In this document: piece after piece, positions 45,245 to 54,342 of the stretch | How positions within the stretch are numbered: position 1 is the stretch's first letter | Layout of the letters: each line of letters opens with the position of its first letter | DNA from: Thermodesulfobacteriota bacterium | GTDB lineage: Bacteria; Desulfobacterota_D; UBA1144; Nemesobacterales; JAJCZQ01 | Reading direction: 5' to 3' | Length of the DNA stretch: 64,000 nt | Assembly: GCA_965203965.1 (NCBI GenBank) | Contig: CBDBDR010000017.1 | Coordinates: 576,001-640,000, forward strand | Notes under the pieces: generated by a model | Database searches by the model: none | What the model was told of the DNA's origin: nothing | The model's input: only the letters and a program-made list of their open reading frames with translations | Translations under genes and position numbers: made by a program

Positions 45245-46273
45245 ATGAAAACCAATATACTCGGCATAGAATCATCATGTGATGAAACAGCGGCGGCGGT
45301 TGTCCGCAATGGTAAAGAGCTTCTTTCAAACGTGGTTGCATCACAGATGTCAACTCATGCAAAATACGGTGGGGTTGTCCCGGAAGTAGCGTCCAGAATG
45401 CACGTTGAGTCTATCTTGCCGGTTATTGACAGCGGATTGGACGATGCCGGATTATGCCTTGCAGACGTTGACGGAATCGCAGTTACGCAGGGACCAGGAC
45501 TTATTGGCTCGCTGCTTGTGGGACTCGCCGCCGCAAAGACCATTGCCTTTGCACTTCAAAAACCCCTTATCGGAGTGAATCACCTTGAGGCTCATATATC
45601 CGCAATTCATTTGGAAAACAAAGTGGATTTCCCTTTTATCGCACTGATAGCTTCAGGAGGACATACAAACCTCTTCCACGTTAAGGGCTATACGGATTTT
45701 GAACCGATCAGTAGAACAAGAGATGATGCAGCAGGAGAGGCTTTTGACAAAGCCGCAAAGCTAATGGGGCTGAGCTACCCCGGTGGAGTGGTCATTGACA
45801 AACTTGCTTCGCTCGGCAATCCTGAAAAATACAAATTTCCAATCCCATTTGACACAACAGACTCTTTTGATTTCAGCTTCAGCGGGATTAAAACTTCCCT
45901 GTCAAATTTTTTAAGGAAAAACAGTATCAAAACGGACAAAGATATACGCGACGTGTGTGCTGGCTATCAGGAATCTATAGTAAAAAGTCTTGTTAACAAG
46001 TCATTCAATGCCGCACTGAAACATAAAATTGATAGAATAGTAATTTGTGGTGGGGTGGCATGCAATTCAAGATTAAGACGTCTTACTAGTGAATCAGGTG
46101 ATAATTTGGACATTGAAATACTTTACCCTTCTCCACAATTATGCACTGACAACGCCGCAATGATAGCATCAATAGGCTATTTCAGATTTATTGAAGATAA
46201 AATATCGGGTCTGCATATTTCACCCTATTCCACTTCCAGGCCTAAAATAGTTCGTGGACGGACAAATTTTTAG
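45245..46273 (+). CDS. tsaD: tRNA t6A transferase TsaD
   Basis: LGIESSCDET, NHLEAH, SGGHT, DDAAGEAFDK, TDNAAM; start moved to ATG 45245. Confidence 0.97.
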   Translation: MKTNILGIESSCDETAAAVVRNGKELLSNVVASQMSTHAKYGGVVPEVASRMHVESILPVIDSGLDDAGLCLADVDGIAVTQGPGLIGSLLVGLAAAKTIAFALQKPLIGVNHLEAHISAIHLENKVDFPFIALIASGGHTNLFHVKGYTDFEPISRTRDDAAGEAFDKAAKLMGLSYPGGVVIDKLASLGNPEKYKFPIPFDTTDSFDFSFSGIKTSLSNFLRKNSIKTDKDIRDVCAGYQESIVKSLVNKSFNAALKHKIDRIVICGGVACNSRLRRLTSESGDNLDIEILYPSPQLCTDNAAMIASIGYFRFIEDKISGLHISPYSTSRPKIVRGRTNF

Positions 46274-46280
46274 TCGTCTT

Positions 46281-46583
46281 TTAGGCATTATAATCAACAA
46301 CTCTCCTTTCAGTTCTTACCTGTGATACAAACTCGGCAACTTTAACGTGATCTGGGTGCTTCTGATAAATTTCCAAATCCTCTTTTGTGTCAAAAGACGA
46401 GTAAAGAACAACGTCACAGGCAACTTCAGACTGATTGAAGTTTATCCCTACTTCAAGTTCTTTAATTTGGCTAATTTTCCCCGTGAGTTCCTCAAGCATA
46501 CTCTTGAGGTTTAATCCCAATTCATGTTTGTTAAGCCCATCATGGCTGTCTTTTATTTTCCACATAACAACGTGCTTTATCAT
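46281..46583 (-). CDS. Dabb family stress-responsive A/B barrel protein
   Basis: MIKHVVMWK...YQKHPDH...VVDY. Confidence 0.88.
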   Translation of the reverse strand: MIKHVVMWKIKDSHDGLNKHELGLNLKSMLEELTGKISQIKELEVGINFNQSEVACDVVLYSSFDTKEDLEIYQKHPDHVKVAEFVSQVRTERRVVDYNA

Positions 46584-46764
46584 TATAAGATCTCCTTAAA
46601 TTTATTTGAGGGACAAAAAATTTAATATCCACCTGAAATTACAGTATCAGGTAACGGTGGAATATAAAAGCCATAGAACAATGAATACACTATATGTATT
46701 GCCGAGATGAGATTTCCACAACGCCCATTTGCTTTCTTGATCCTAAATTGATATATTGACATGT

Positions 46765-47115
46765 ATGGGTTCAAGAATTTTTATAGTCTCATTACTATTA
46801 ATATTCACCTTGCACGTTATAGCGGGGATTGCCAGAGCGTGTTGTCAGGATGTAAGCAATACCGTTCAAGTTACACCAAATAGTGCTGATGAGCCCTGCC
46901 ATTCCAAGAGCGAAGAGCATAAGTCAAACTCCGATAACAGATCACAGGACCCAGATAATTGTTGTTGTGATATGGCACGGTGTCAAATGCAAATAATCGC
47001 TTTATCCTCTAGCATTTTAACTAGTCCCGCTTTATTTGGCTTGTTGCAACTTTCCTCAGCCGATAACCTTACCTCATACGTTCCGGGAACACCTGAACGA
47101 CCTCCAAAATGCTGA
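46765..47115 (+). CDS. Cys/His-rich exported leader protein, CopL/DUF2946-like, ending PERPPKC
   Basis: Signal peptide (..GIARA), CC, PCH, CCC..C, Pro-rich RPP tail; first ORF of the metal operon. Confidence 0.65.
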   Translation: MGSRIFIVSLLLIFTLHVIAGIARACCQDVSNTVQVTPNSADEPCHSKSEEHKSNSDNRSQDPDNCCCDMARCQMQIIALSSSILTSPALFGLLQLSSADNLTSYVPGTPERPPKC

Positions 47116-47196
47116 TCTGATCCCTTCATTACACGGGAACTGTACCGTGGATCACAATATATATGTCTTTATATCACTAATAATTGGAGGTGTGAT

Positions 47197-47610
47197 ATGA
47201 CCAATATCATTATTTCATTAATAGCAATAATGCTTTTTACAGAAGTAGTTTCTTATGCAGCACATGATGAGACCCATAACGAACAAAAAGCAGTTGATAC
47301 CGTCAATATCAATGCACAAAAAGGCGAAGTAGTAATAATTGTGCATGGGATTGTTTGTTCATTTTGTTCTCAAGGTGTGGCAAAAAAACTATCCAAACTG
47401 CCTTTTATAGATAGTTCCAAATACACAAACGGCATCAAGGTTGAGATTGACAAACAGAAGGTAACAATCGCTGTCAAATCAGGATCAAACTTTGATATTG
47501 ACAAAGTATTCAAATCAATAAGATCAGGTGGTTATGAACCCGTAGTTGCTTACAAAAATCTGGGTAACGCAACTGTTACAATACATCCTGACGGAAGAGA
47601 AACAAAATGA
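47197..47610 (+). CDS. exported heavy-metal-associated (HMA-like) protein
   Basis: Signal peptide, HDETH, VHGIVCSFC CxxC motif, I..GGY ending. Confidence 0.8.
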   Translation: MTNIIISLIAIMLFTEVVSYAAHDETHNEQKAVDTVNINAQKGEVVIIVHGIVCSFCSQGVAKKLSKLPFIDSSKYTNGIKVEIDKQKVTIAVKSGSNFDIDKVFKSIRSGGYEPVVAYKNLGNATVTIHPDGRETK

Positions 47611-48479
47611 AAACTATTCTGTTCATTCTCCTCATATTGTTGTTGATCAATATATGTAATGCAAAAGCCGACCAGCCGGTGATGGATATGGCACCTCGCT
47701 GGGAAAATGGTTACGGAATTCAGATCAGGCAGGAGTTTTATGGCTCTGATAAATTGCTCAAGGGTAACAAGAAAATTAACAATCCTCTGGGGCTTGAGAG
47801 ATACGTCAGTAAAACTTGGCTTGAAGGCGTTTATACAATCAACCGCTCAATACGTACAACGCTTAAGTTGCCCTTCGTATATCAAAGACGGGTCAGGAAT
47901 GTAAACGGCGTCGGTATTGAACAGAAAAACAGTGGTTTAGGAGATTTGGTTCTGGGTATCCCACTGAAATATTACAGGAATAAAGGTGCTTATACGGACA
48001 ATTTCGGTATAACACCTTCGCTGAGGATACCCACGGGTGATAGTTCGGGAAATTTTCCGATCACAGACGGCAGTTGGGATGCAGGGTTAAGTATTTCCTA
48101 TAGTTTGGAAACACCAAAACTTTATTCGGTAGCTGAAATATTCTATTGGAAAAACAACTCAGGTAAAAATGACATGAGACTGGGAGATGAGTTTGGGGTT
48201 GAGATTGACCTTGGATACCACCCGTATCACAACAACGTAACAAACACCGGAATCTTCATTATGTGGGACTTCATATTAAGAAATAACGGTGCACCCAGTG
48301 CAGCGAACCTCACAACTTTTACTGGTGGAAAGTTAGTTCAAACGGGCCCGATACTTGTATTATACAAAAACAATATAATGTTCAGGGCAGAATATAAGCA
48401 CCCTGTCTATGAAAATGTAGATGGTGTTTCAAACTCAAGGGGGTCAGAGCTGAATATAGGTATTGGCTTTGCATTTTAG
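47607..48479 (+). CDS. outer-membrane beta-barrel protein (transporter family)
   Basis: Signal peptide, SGLGDL, LRIPTG, GSWD, C-terminal aromatic GFAF. Confidence 0.7.
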   Translation: MKTILFILLILLLINICNAKADQPVMDMAPRWENGYGIQIRQEFYGSDKLLKGNKKINNPLGLERYVSKTWLEGVYTINRSIRTTLKLPFVYQRRVRNVNGVGIEQKNSGLGDLVLGIPLKYYRNKGAYTDNFGITPSLRIPTGDSSGNFPITDGSWDAGLSISYSLETPKLYSVAEIFYWKNNSGKNDMRLGDEFGVEIDLGYHPYHNNVTNTGIFIMWDFILRNNGAPSAANLTTFTGGKLVQTGPILVLYKNNIMFRAEYKHPVYENVDGVSNSRGSELNIGIGFAF

Positions 48480-48489
48480 GAAATATTAA

Positions 48490-48867
48490 ATGAACCAAAA
48501 AATCAAACCAAGAAAATGGGGATGGTTAGTATTGTTTACATCCACAAGCACACTTCTTTGCTGTGCCTTACCAACATTATTTGTAAGTTTGGGGATGGGC
48601 ATGGCCGTTGCCTCAATTGCAGCTAATGCCCCTTTGCTTATTAAGTTGAGTATGTATAAAAACTGGGTTTTTGCTTTTTCGGGATTGCTATTACTAGTAA
48701 GTGGGTGGCTTTTATACAGACGAGATAGATACTGCTCAACCGATCCTGAACTTTCAAGAATTTGTGAATACACAAACGTATGGAATCGGCGATTGTATTG
48801 GTGCTCCGTGATAATCTGGCTAATTGGTTTTTTCTTTGCTTTCCTTGCCGTGTATATCTTTTACTGA
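48490..48867 (+). CDS. MerT/MerF-like inner-membrane metal transporter
   Basis: LLCCALP in the first TM segment, second Cys pair C.TDP....C, 3-4 TM segments. Confidence 0.75.
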   Translation: MNQKIKPRKWGWLVLFTSTSTLLCCALPTLFVSLGMGMAVASIAANAPLLIKLSMYKNWVFAFSGLLLLVSGWLLYRRDRYCSTDPELSRICEYTNVWNRRLYWCSVIIWLIGFFFAFLAVYIFY

Positions 48868-48956
48868 TTGAAAAAATAGGGATCATCAAAGGGAAAAACA
48901 ACTGCTATATTTAAATATTCCAATCTTGTTTCATAAGTAGATGATCAAGAGATTTT

Positions 48957-49958
48957 TCAGGGTATGTACAAACCCATCTTTTCAATTATCTCTTGCATAT
49001 TCTGCTTTGCTATTCTATGAGCTTTTCTTGTTCCCTCATAAAGGATCTCTTTAACCTGCTTGGGTTTTGATTCATATTCATTTCTTCTCTCAATATAAGG
49101 CTCAAGCATAATATTAATGGCTTTTGATAACTTTTTCTTAACCTCAACGTCTCCCACTTTTCCCGTTCTGTATCTTTCTTTTAAGTCCTCAACCTCATCC
49201 CTATCTTTATTGAAAGCATCATGGTAAATAAACACTGGGTTCCCTTCTACCTTTCCCGGTATATCTGCCCTTATACGGTTCGGGTCGGTGAACATGCTCA
49301 TCACTTTCTTTTGAACAGATTTTGGGTCATCCGAGATGTATATACAGTTTTCAAGACTCTTGCTCATTTTCCTGTTCCCGTCAGTTCCAATCAACCTTGA
49401 AGTTTCACTGATAACGGCTTCGGGCTCCTCAAAATACTCACCATATAAATGGTTAAACCTTCTTGCCAACTCTCTGGTCAATTCAATATGGCTCAGTTGA
49501 TCCTCGCCAATAGGCACTTTCGTAGCTTTGAACATCAATATATCCGCTGCCATTAATATCGGGTAGCCGAGGAGACCCACGGAATAGTTCTCTCCCACTC
49601 CCATATCCTGAATCTTTTCTTTCAGGGTCGGTATTCTTTGCGACCTCGCAACTGAGCACAGCGTTGAGAATATTGTTGAGAGTTGAGATATTTGGGCAAC
49701 CTGAGATTGAATATAGAACGTGGATATTTCAGGATCCATGCCAACGCTTAACCAGTCCAGCGTCATTTGAATTGTGTTATTTTCAACTTCACTGACCTTA
49801 TCGTAATGGGTTGTGAGCATGTGCAAATCCGCAACAAGAAAAAAACATTCATACTCGTTTTGATACTTCACCCTGTTTTGCAGTGATCCAACCAGATGCC
49901 CCAGATGAAGCCTTCCCGTTGGTCTGTCTCCCGTTACAAGTATTTTCTTATCGTTCAT
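48957..49958 (-). CDS. trpS: tryptophan--tRNA ligase
   Basis: TGDRPTGRLHLGH, YPILMAADI, GEDQ, KMSKS. Confidence 0.97.
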   Translation of the reverse strand: MNDKKILVTGDRPTGRLHLGHLVGSLQNRVKYQNEYECFFLVADLHMLTTHYDKVSEVENNTIQMTLDWLSVGMDPEISTFYIQSQVAQISQLSTIFSTLCSVARSQRIPTLKEKIQDMGVGENYSVGLLGYPILMAADILMFKATKVPIGEDQLSHIELTRELARRFNHLYGEYFEEPEAVISETSRLIGTDGNRKMSKSLENCIYISDDPKSVQKKVMSMFTDPNRIRADIPGKVEGNPVFIYHDAFNKDRDEVEDLKERYRTGKVGDVEVKKKLSKAINIMLEPYIERRNEYESKPKQVKEILYEGTRKAHRIAKQNMQEIIEKMGLYIP

Positions 49959-49986
49959 ATTGGATCAATAAAAACTTTTTTATTAC

Positions 49987-50060
49987 CACGCCCGGAGGGA
50001 GTCGAACCCCCAACCTTGTGATCCGTAATCACACGCTCTATCCAGTTGAGCTACGGGCGC
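49987..50060 (-). tRNA. tRNA-Arg(ACG), CCA not encoded
   Basis: GCGCCCG/CGGGCGT acceptor stem, TGTGA-TTACGGA-TCACA anticodon arm, GGTTCGACT T-loop. Confidence 0.96.
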
Positions 50061-50146
50061 AATTAAAAGTGGAAACTTTGTAATTATTACTATATCAATA
50101 TAATCTTCAAATTATCCTTAAATAGTTTTTAATCTTTTAACAAAAC

Positions 50147-50175
50147 TTGACAAAGTTAAAAAAATCAGTCATATT
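50147..50175 (+). promoter_or_regulatory. candidate sigma70 promoter immediately before the octamer array
   Basis: TTGACA (50147-50152), 17-bp spacer, CATATT (50170-50175). Confidence 0.55.
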
Positions 50176-50177
50176 GT

Positions 50178-50517
50178 GAGCCAAAGAGCCAAAGAGCCAA
50201 AGAGCCAAAGAGCCAAAGAGCCAAAGAGCCAAAGAGCCAAAGAGCCAAAGAGCCAAAGAGCCAAAGAGCCAAAGAGCCAAAGAGCCAAAGAGCCAAAGAG
50301 CCAAAGAGCCAAAGAGCCAAAGAGCCAAAGAGCCAAAGAGCCAAAGAGCCAAAGAGCCAAAGAGCCAAAGAGCCAAAGAGCCAAAGAGCCAAAGAGCCAA
50401 AGAGCCAAAGAGCCAAAGAGCCAAAGAGCCAAAGAGCCAAAGAGCCAAAGAGCCAAAGAGCCAAAGAGCCAAAGAGCCAAAGAGCCAAAGAGCCAAAGAG
50501 CCAAAGAGCCAAAGAGC
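50178..50517. repeat. perfect simple-sequence repeat (GAGCCAAA)42 plus GAGC
   Basis: 336 bp of uninterrupted 8-mers; one antisense copy TTTGGCTCTTT at 50533-50543. Confidence 0.97.
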
Positions 50518-50580
50518 GGACGGAGTTCCCTTTTTGGCTCTTTTTATATAAAGGTTTATTTAAAAAATGGAGGAACTAAA

Positions 50581-50949
50581 ATGGAATTTGAAAGAATAGA
50601 TAATCCCACTGATGTAACTCACTCTAAAATAATAACTGCAAGTTTGAATGATAAAAAATTAAATAAGACAAACTGGAATAAATTAAGATCAAAATTGACC
50701 AAACTTGCGATACAGACTGGCTCTTCATTGGAAGAACTTAATGAAACAATTCCAGGTCTTAGTATTGTACAAGGAATAAAGAAACCATATGGTTGGCAAT
50801 ACAACACAAATGGCAATTTTTCTCTTAATGGTGTAAATGCAAAAACATGTTTAAAGAATATCAGAAAACTTGCGGAAATTTGCAACGCAAAAGTGTATAT
50901 AGAGTTTTCTTACAAAGAAGGGACAAACAAAGGGAAAATACAGATATAA
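50581..50949 (+). CDS. hypothetical protein (122 aa)
   Basis: GGAGG then ATG at 50581; normal protein composition, unlike the repeat-derived extension in the ORF track. Confidence 0.7.
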   Translation: MEFERIDNPTDVTHSKIITASLNDKKLNKTNWNKLRSKLTKLAIQTGSSLEELNETIPGLSIVQGIKKPYGWQYNTNGNFSLNGVNAKTCLKNIRKLAEICNAKVYIEFSYKEGTNKGKIQI

Positions 50950-51146
50950 CATTGAGATTGTTATGAAAACCTAAACCTCATGAACCTTCTCAAAATAATA
51001 CTTTTTCCAATCATCAAGAATTTTGTACTGCACTTTCTGATTTCCTCCGAAACAGCACCGACATTTCATTCCTGATGAAAAAAGAGAGGCTTTACGTGGT
51101 TGGTTTACGGCGATCAAGTTTTTTGACATGGAAAGAACCAAGATCT

Positions 51147-51271
51147 CATCTGGATCCGAGAGGTTGTTTATTATAGCAACAAAAAAGATTTGAAATTGAC
51201 TCATTCATAACTCTTTGTAATTGTTAAAGGAAAAGTTTACTCTGTTCAGCAGAAGAAAAAAATCATCAAAA
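51147..51271 (+). repeat. 5' flank of ankyrin cassette, copy 1 (about 125 bp)
   Basis: Nearly identical to 54205-54328. Confidence 0.9.
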
Positions 51272-51276
51272 GCAAG

Positions 51277-54048
51277 ATGACCACCATTAAGATCATTAAT
51301 TTTTTGCTGTTAATTCTCATTTTGTGCGGTTACGCAAAAGCTCAAGAACTGCCTACAGCAAAGTTGTCAAAGTTGCTTTTATCGGCGTCAGCAGAAGGTC
51401 AAACCGAAACTGTAATAGCTCTAATTGCCAAAGGAGCTGACGTCAATACTAAAACTAATAACGGCATTACGCCTCTACACACGGCTGCATTGGGAGGTCA
51501 CACTGCAACTGTAAAAGCCCTAATAGCCGCAGGGGTTGACATTGAAGCTAAAGATAATAACGGCATTACGCCTCTACACGCGGCTGCAGGGGAAGATCAC
51601 ACTGAAATTGTAAAAGCCCTAATAGCCGCAGGGGTTGACATTGAAGCTAAAGATAATAACGGCATTACGCCTCTACACGCGGCTGCATGGAAAGGTCACA
51701 CTGAAATTGTAAAAGCCTTAATAGCCGCAGGGGCCAACCTCAATACTAAAAGTAAAGACGTTGTTACGCCTCTACACGCGGCTGCATTGAGAGGTCACAC
51801 TGCAACTGTAAAAGCCCTAATAAACAAAGGGGTTGACATTGAAGCTAAAGATAATAACGGCATTACGCCTCTAAACTTTGCTGCATTGATAGGTCACACT
51901 GCAACTGTAAAAGCCCTAATAGCTGCTGGGGCTAACCTCAATACTAAAAGTAAAGACGTTGTTACGCCTCTACACGCGGCTGCAGGGAAAGGTCACACTG
52001 AAATTGTAAAAGCCCTAATAGCCGCAGGGGCTAACATTGAAGCTAAAGTTAATAACGGCAATACGCCTCTACACTTAGCTGCATTGGAAGGTCACACTGA
52101 AATTGTAAAAGCCCTAATAAACAAAGGGGCTAACATTGAAGCTAAAGATAATAACGGCAATACGCCTCTACAAGCGGCTGCAGGGGAAAGTCACACTGAA
52201 ATTGTAAAAGCCCTAATAAACAAAGGGGTTGACATTGAAGCTAAAGATAATAACGGCAATACGCCTCTACACCGGGCTGCATTCGAAGGTCGCACTGAAA
52301 TTGTAAAAGCCCTAATAGCCGCAGGGGTTAACATTGAAGCTAAAGATAATAACGGCAATACGCCTCTACACTGGGCTGCATTGGAAGGTCACACTGAAAT
52401 TGTAAAAGCCCTAATAAACAAAGGGGTTGACATTGAAGCTAAAAATAAAGACGGCGTTACGCCTCTACACATAGCTGCAGCTAAAGGTCACACTGAAATT
52501 GTAAAAGCCCTAATAAACAAAGGGGTTGACATTGAAGCTAAAGCTAATAACGGCAATACGCCTCTACACCGGGCTGCATTCGAAGGTCGCACTGAAATTG
52601 TAAAAGCCCTAATAGCCGCAGGGGTTAACATTGAAGCTAAAGATAATAACGGCAATACGCCTCTACACGCGGCTGCATTGGAAGGTCACACTGAAATTGT
52701 AAAAGCCCTAATAAACAAAGGGGTTGACATTGAAGCTAAAAATAAAGACGGCGTTACGCCTCTACACATAGCTGCAGCTAAAGGTCACACTGAAATTGTA
52801 AAAGCCCTAATAAACAAAGGGGTTGACATTGAAGCTAAAGCTAAAGACGGACTTACACCCCTACACTGGGTTGCATGGCACGGTCACACCGAAACTGTAA
52901 AAGCCTTGATTGCCGCCGGGGCTAATGTCAATACTAAAGATAAAGACGGCAATACACCTCTACGCTTGGCTGCAAAAAACGGTCACACTGCGACTGTAAA
53001 AGTCCTGAAAAACAGCAATATGTCTATACACATGGCTGCAGGGAAAGGTCGTACTGCAATTGTAAAAACTCTAATTGCCAAAGGGGCTGACGTCAATACT
53101 AAAGATAAAGACGGCAATACGCCTCTACACATGGCTGCAGGGAAAGGTCGTACTGCAACTGTAAAAACTCTAATTGCCAAAGGGGCTGACGTCAATACTA
53201 AAGATAAAGATGGCAATACCTCTCTACACTTGGCTGTAAGGAAAAGTCAAACCGAAACCGTAAAAATCCTGATCGCCAAAGGAGCTAACGTCAATACCAA
53301 AGATAAAGACGGCAATACGCCTTTACACTTGGCTGTAAGGAGAGGTCATACTGCAACTGTAAAAGCTCTAATTGCTAAAGGGGCTGACATTAATACTAAA
53401 GATAAATACGGTGATACATCTCTACACTTGGCTGTAAGGCGCGGTCGTGCTGTAACCGTAAAAGCCCTAATAGCCGTTGGGGCTAACGTCAATACTAAAG
53501 ATAAAGATGGCAATACCTCTCTACACTTGGCTGCACAGTACGGTCAAACCGGGGTCGTGAAAGCCTTAATAGCCGCCGGGGCTAACGTCAATATTAAAAA
53601 TAAAAACGGTCGTACGCCTCTACGCTTAGCTGCACATTACAGTCGTACTAAAACCGTAGAAGTCCTAAAAGAAGCCGATCTAAACTGGGCAGTACGGCGT
53701 GGTCATACTGCAACCATAAAAGCCCTAAGTCATGCTGGTGTTAAAGTCAATAATAAAGATAAAGATGGTAGTACACCCCTACATTTTGCTGCACAGTACG
53801 GTCGTACTGCAACCGCAAAAGCCCTAATTGCCGCCGGAGCCTATGTCAATACTAAAGATAAAAAAGGCAATACACCTCTACACTTGGCTGCACAGTACGG
53901 TCATACTGCAACCGTAAAAGTCCTGATCGCTGCCGGGGCTAAAGTCAATACTAAAAATAAAGACGGCAGTATGCCTCTAGACTTTGCTGCACATTACGGT
54001 CAAACTGAAATAGTAAAAATTCTGAAAGAAACTGGCGGAATACGATAA
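51277..54048 (+). CDS. secreted ankyrin-repeat protein (about 27 repeats plus N-cap)
   Basis: Sec-type signal peptide, repeated G.TPLH.AA..GH.EIVKALI..GA units of 33 aa. Confidence 0.96.
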   Translation: MTTIKIINFLLLILILCGYAKAQELPTAKLSKLLLSASAEGQTETVIALIAKGADVNTKTNNGITPLHTAALGGHTATVKALIAAGVDIEAKDNNGITPLHAAAGEDHTEIVKALIAAGVDIEAKDNNGITPLHAAAWKGHTEIVKALIAAGANLNTKSKDVVTPLHAAALRGHTATVKALINKGVDIEAKDNNGITPLNFAALIGHTATVKALIAAGANLNTKSKDVVTPLHAAAGKGHTEIVKALIAAGANIEAKVNNGNTPLHLAALEGHTEIVKALINKGANIEAKDNNGNTPLQAAAGESHTEIVKALINKGVDIEAKDNNGNTPLHRAAFEGRTEIVKALIAAGVNIEAKDNNGNTPLHWAALEGHTEIVKALINKGVDIEAKNKDGVTPLHIAAAKGHTEIVKALINKGVDIEAKANNGNTPLHRAAFEGRTEIVKALIAAGVNIEAKDNNGNTPLHAAALEGHTEIVKALINKGVDIEAKNKDGVTPLHIAAAKGHTEIVKALINKGVDIEAKAKDGLTPLHWVAWHGHTETVKALIAAGANVNTKDKDGNTPLRLAAKNGHTATVKVLKNSNMSIHMAAGKGRTAIVKTLIAKGADVNTKDKDGNTPLHMAAGKGRTATVKTLIAKGADVNTKDKDGNTSLHLAVRKSQTETVKILIAKGANVNTKDKDGNTPLHLAVRRGHTATVKALIAKGADINTKDKYGDTSLHLAVRRGRAVTVKALIAVGANVNTKDKDGNTSLHLAAQYGQTGVVKALIAAGANVNIKNKNGRTPLRLAAHYSRTKTVEVLKEADLNWAVRRGHTATIKALSHAGVKVNNKDKDGSTPLHFAAQYGRTATAKALIAAGAYVNTKDKKGNTPLHLAAQYGHTATVKVLIAAGAKVNTKNKDGSMPLDFAAHYGQTEIVKILKETGGIR

Positions 54049-54135
54049 GCAGTTAATGCTTGAAACATCATAAAGATTAAACAGCAAAAACGCTCTTCTT
54101 AATCCTTAAACGGATCAAATTCATTTTTTCCAGCA
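54049..54135 (+). repeat. 3' flank of ankyrin cassette, copy 1
   Basis: Nearly identical to 54988-55073. Confidence 0.9.
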
Positions 54136-54204
54136 CTCATAATAACAACAAGTGGTTTTAATGTATGGAATATTCTAATAGAGTATTCTTACGTTCATTT
54201 AGAA

Positions 54205-54328
54205 CATCTGAATCCGAGAGGTTGTTTATTATTGCAACAAAAAAGATTTGAAATTGACTCATTCATAACTCTTTGTAATTTTTAAAGGAAAAGTTTACCA
54301 TATTCAGCAAAAGGAAAAATCATCAAAA
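54205..54328 (+). repeat. 5' flank of ankyrin cassette, copy 2
   Basis: Nearly identical to 51147-51271. Confidence 0.9.
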
Positions 54329-54342
54329 AGAAGGAGACTACA

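Noticed and set aside
46631..46652. ACCTGA-N10-TCAGGT as a MerR/CueR operator
   Set aside because: Only 6-bp arms, not inside a recognisable 19-bp-spacer promoter, and no merR-type gene nearby
50178..50517. CRISPR array
   Set aside because: No spacers, 8-bp unit, no cas genes
50137..50580. ORFs made of LALWLFGS or SQRAKEPK repeats, including the N-terminal extension of the 257-aa ORF
   Set aside because: By-products of a stop-free octamer array; the downstream gene has its own RBS and ATG at 50581
50971..51204. 77-aa minus-strand ORF
   Set aside because: Begins inside the duplicated ankyrin 5' flank, its second copy stops early, and it has no recognisable motif
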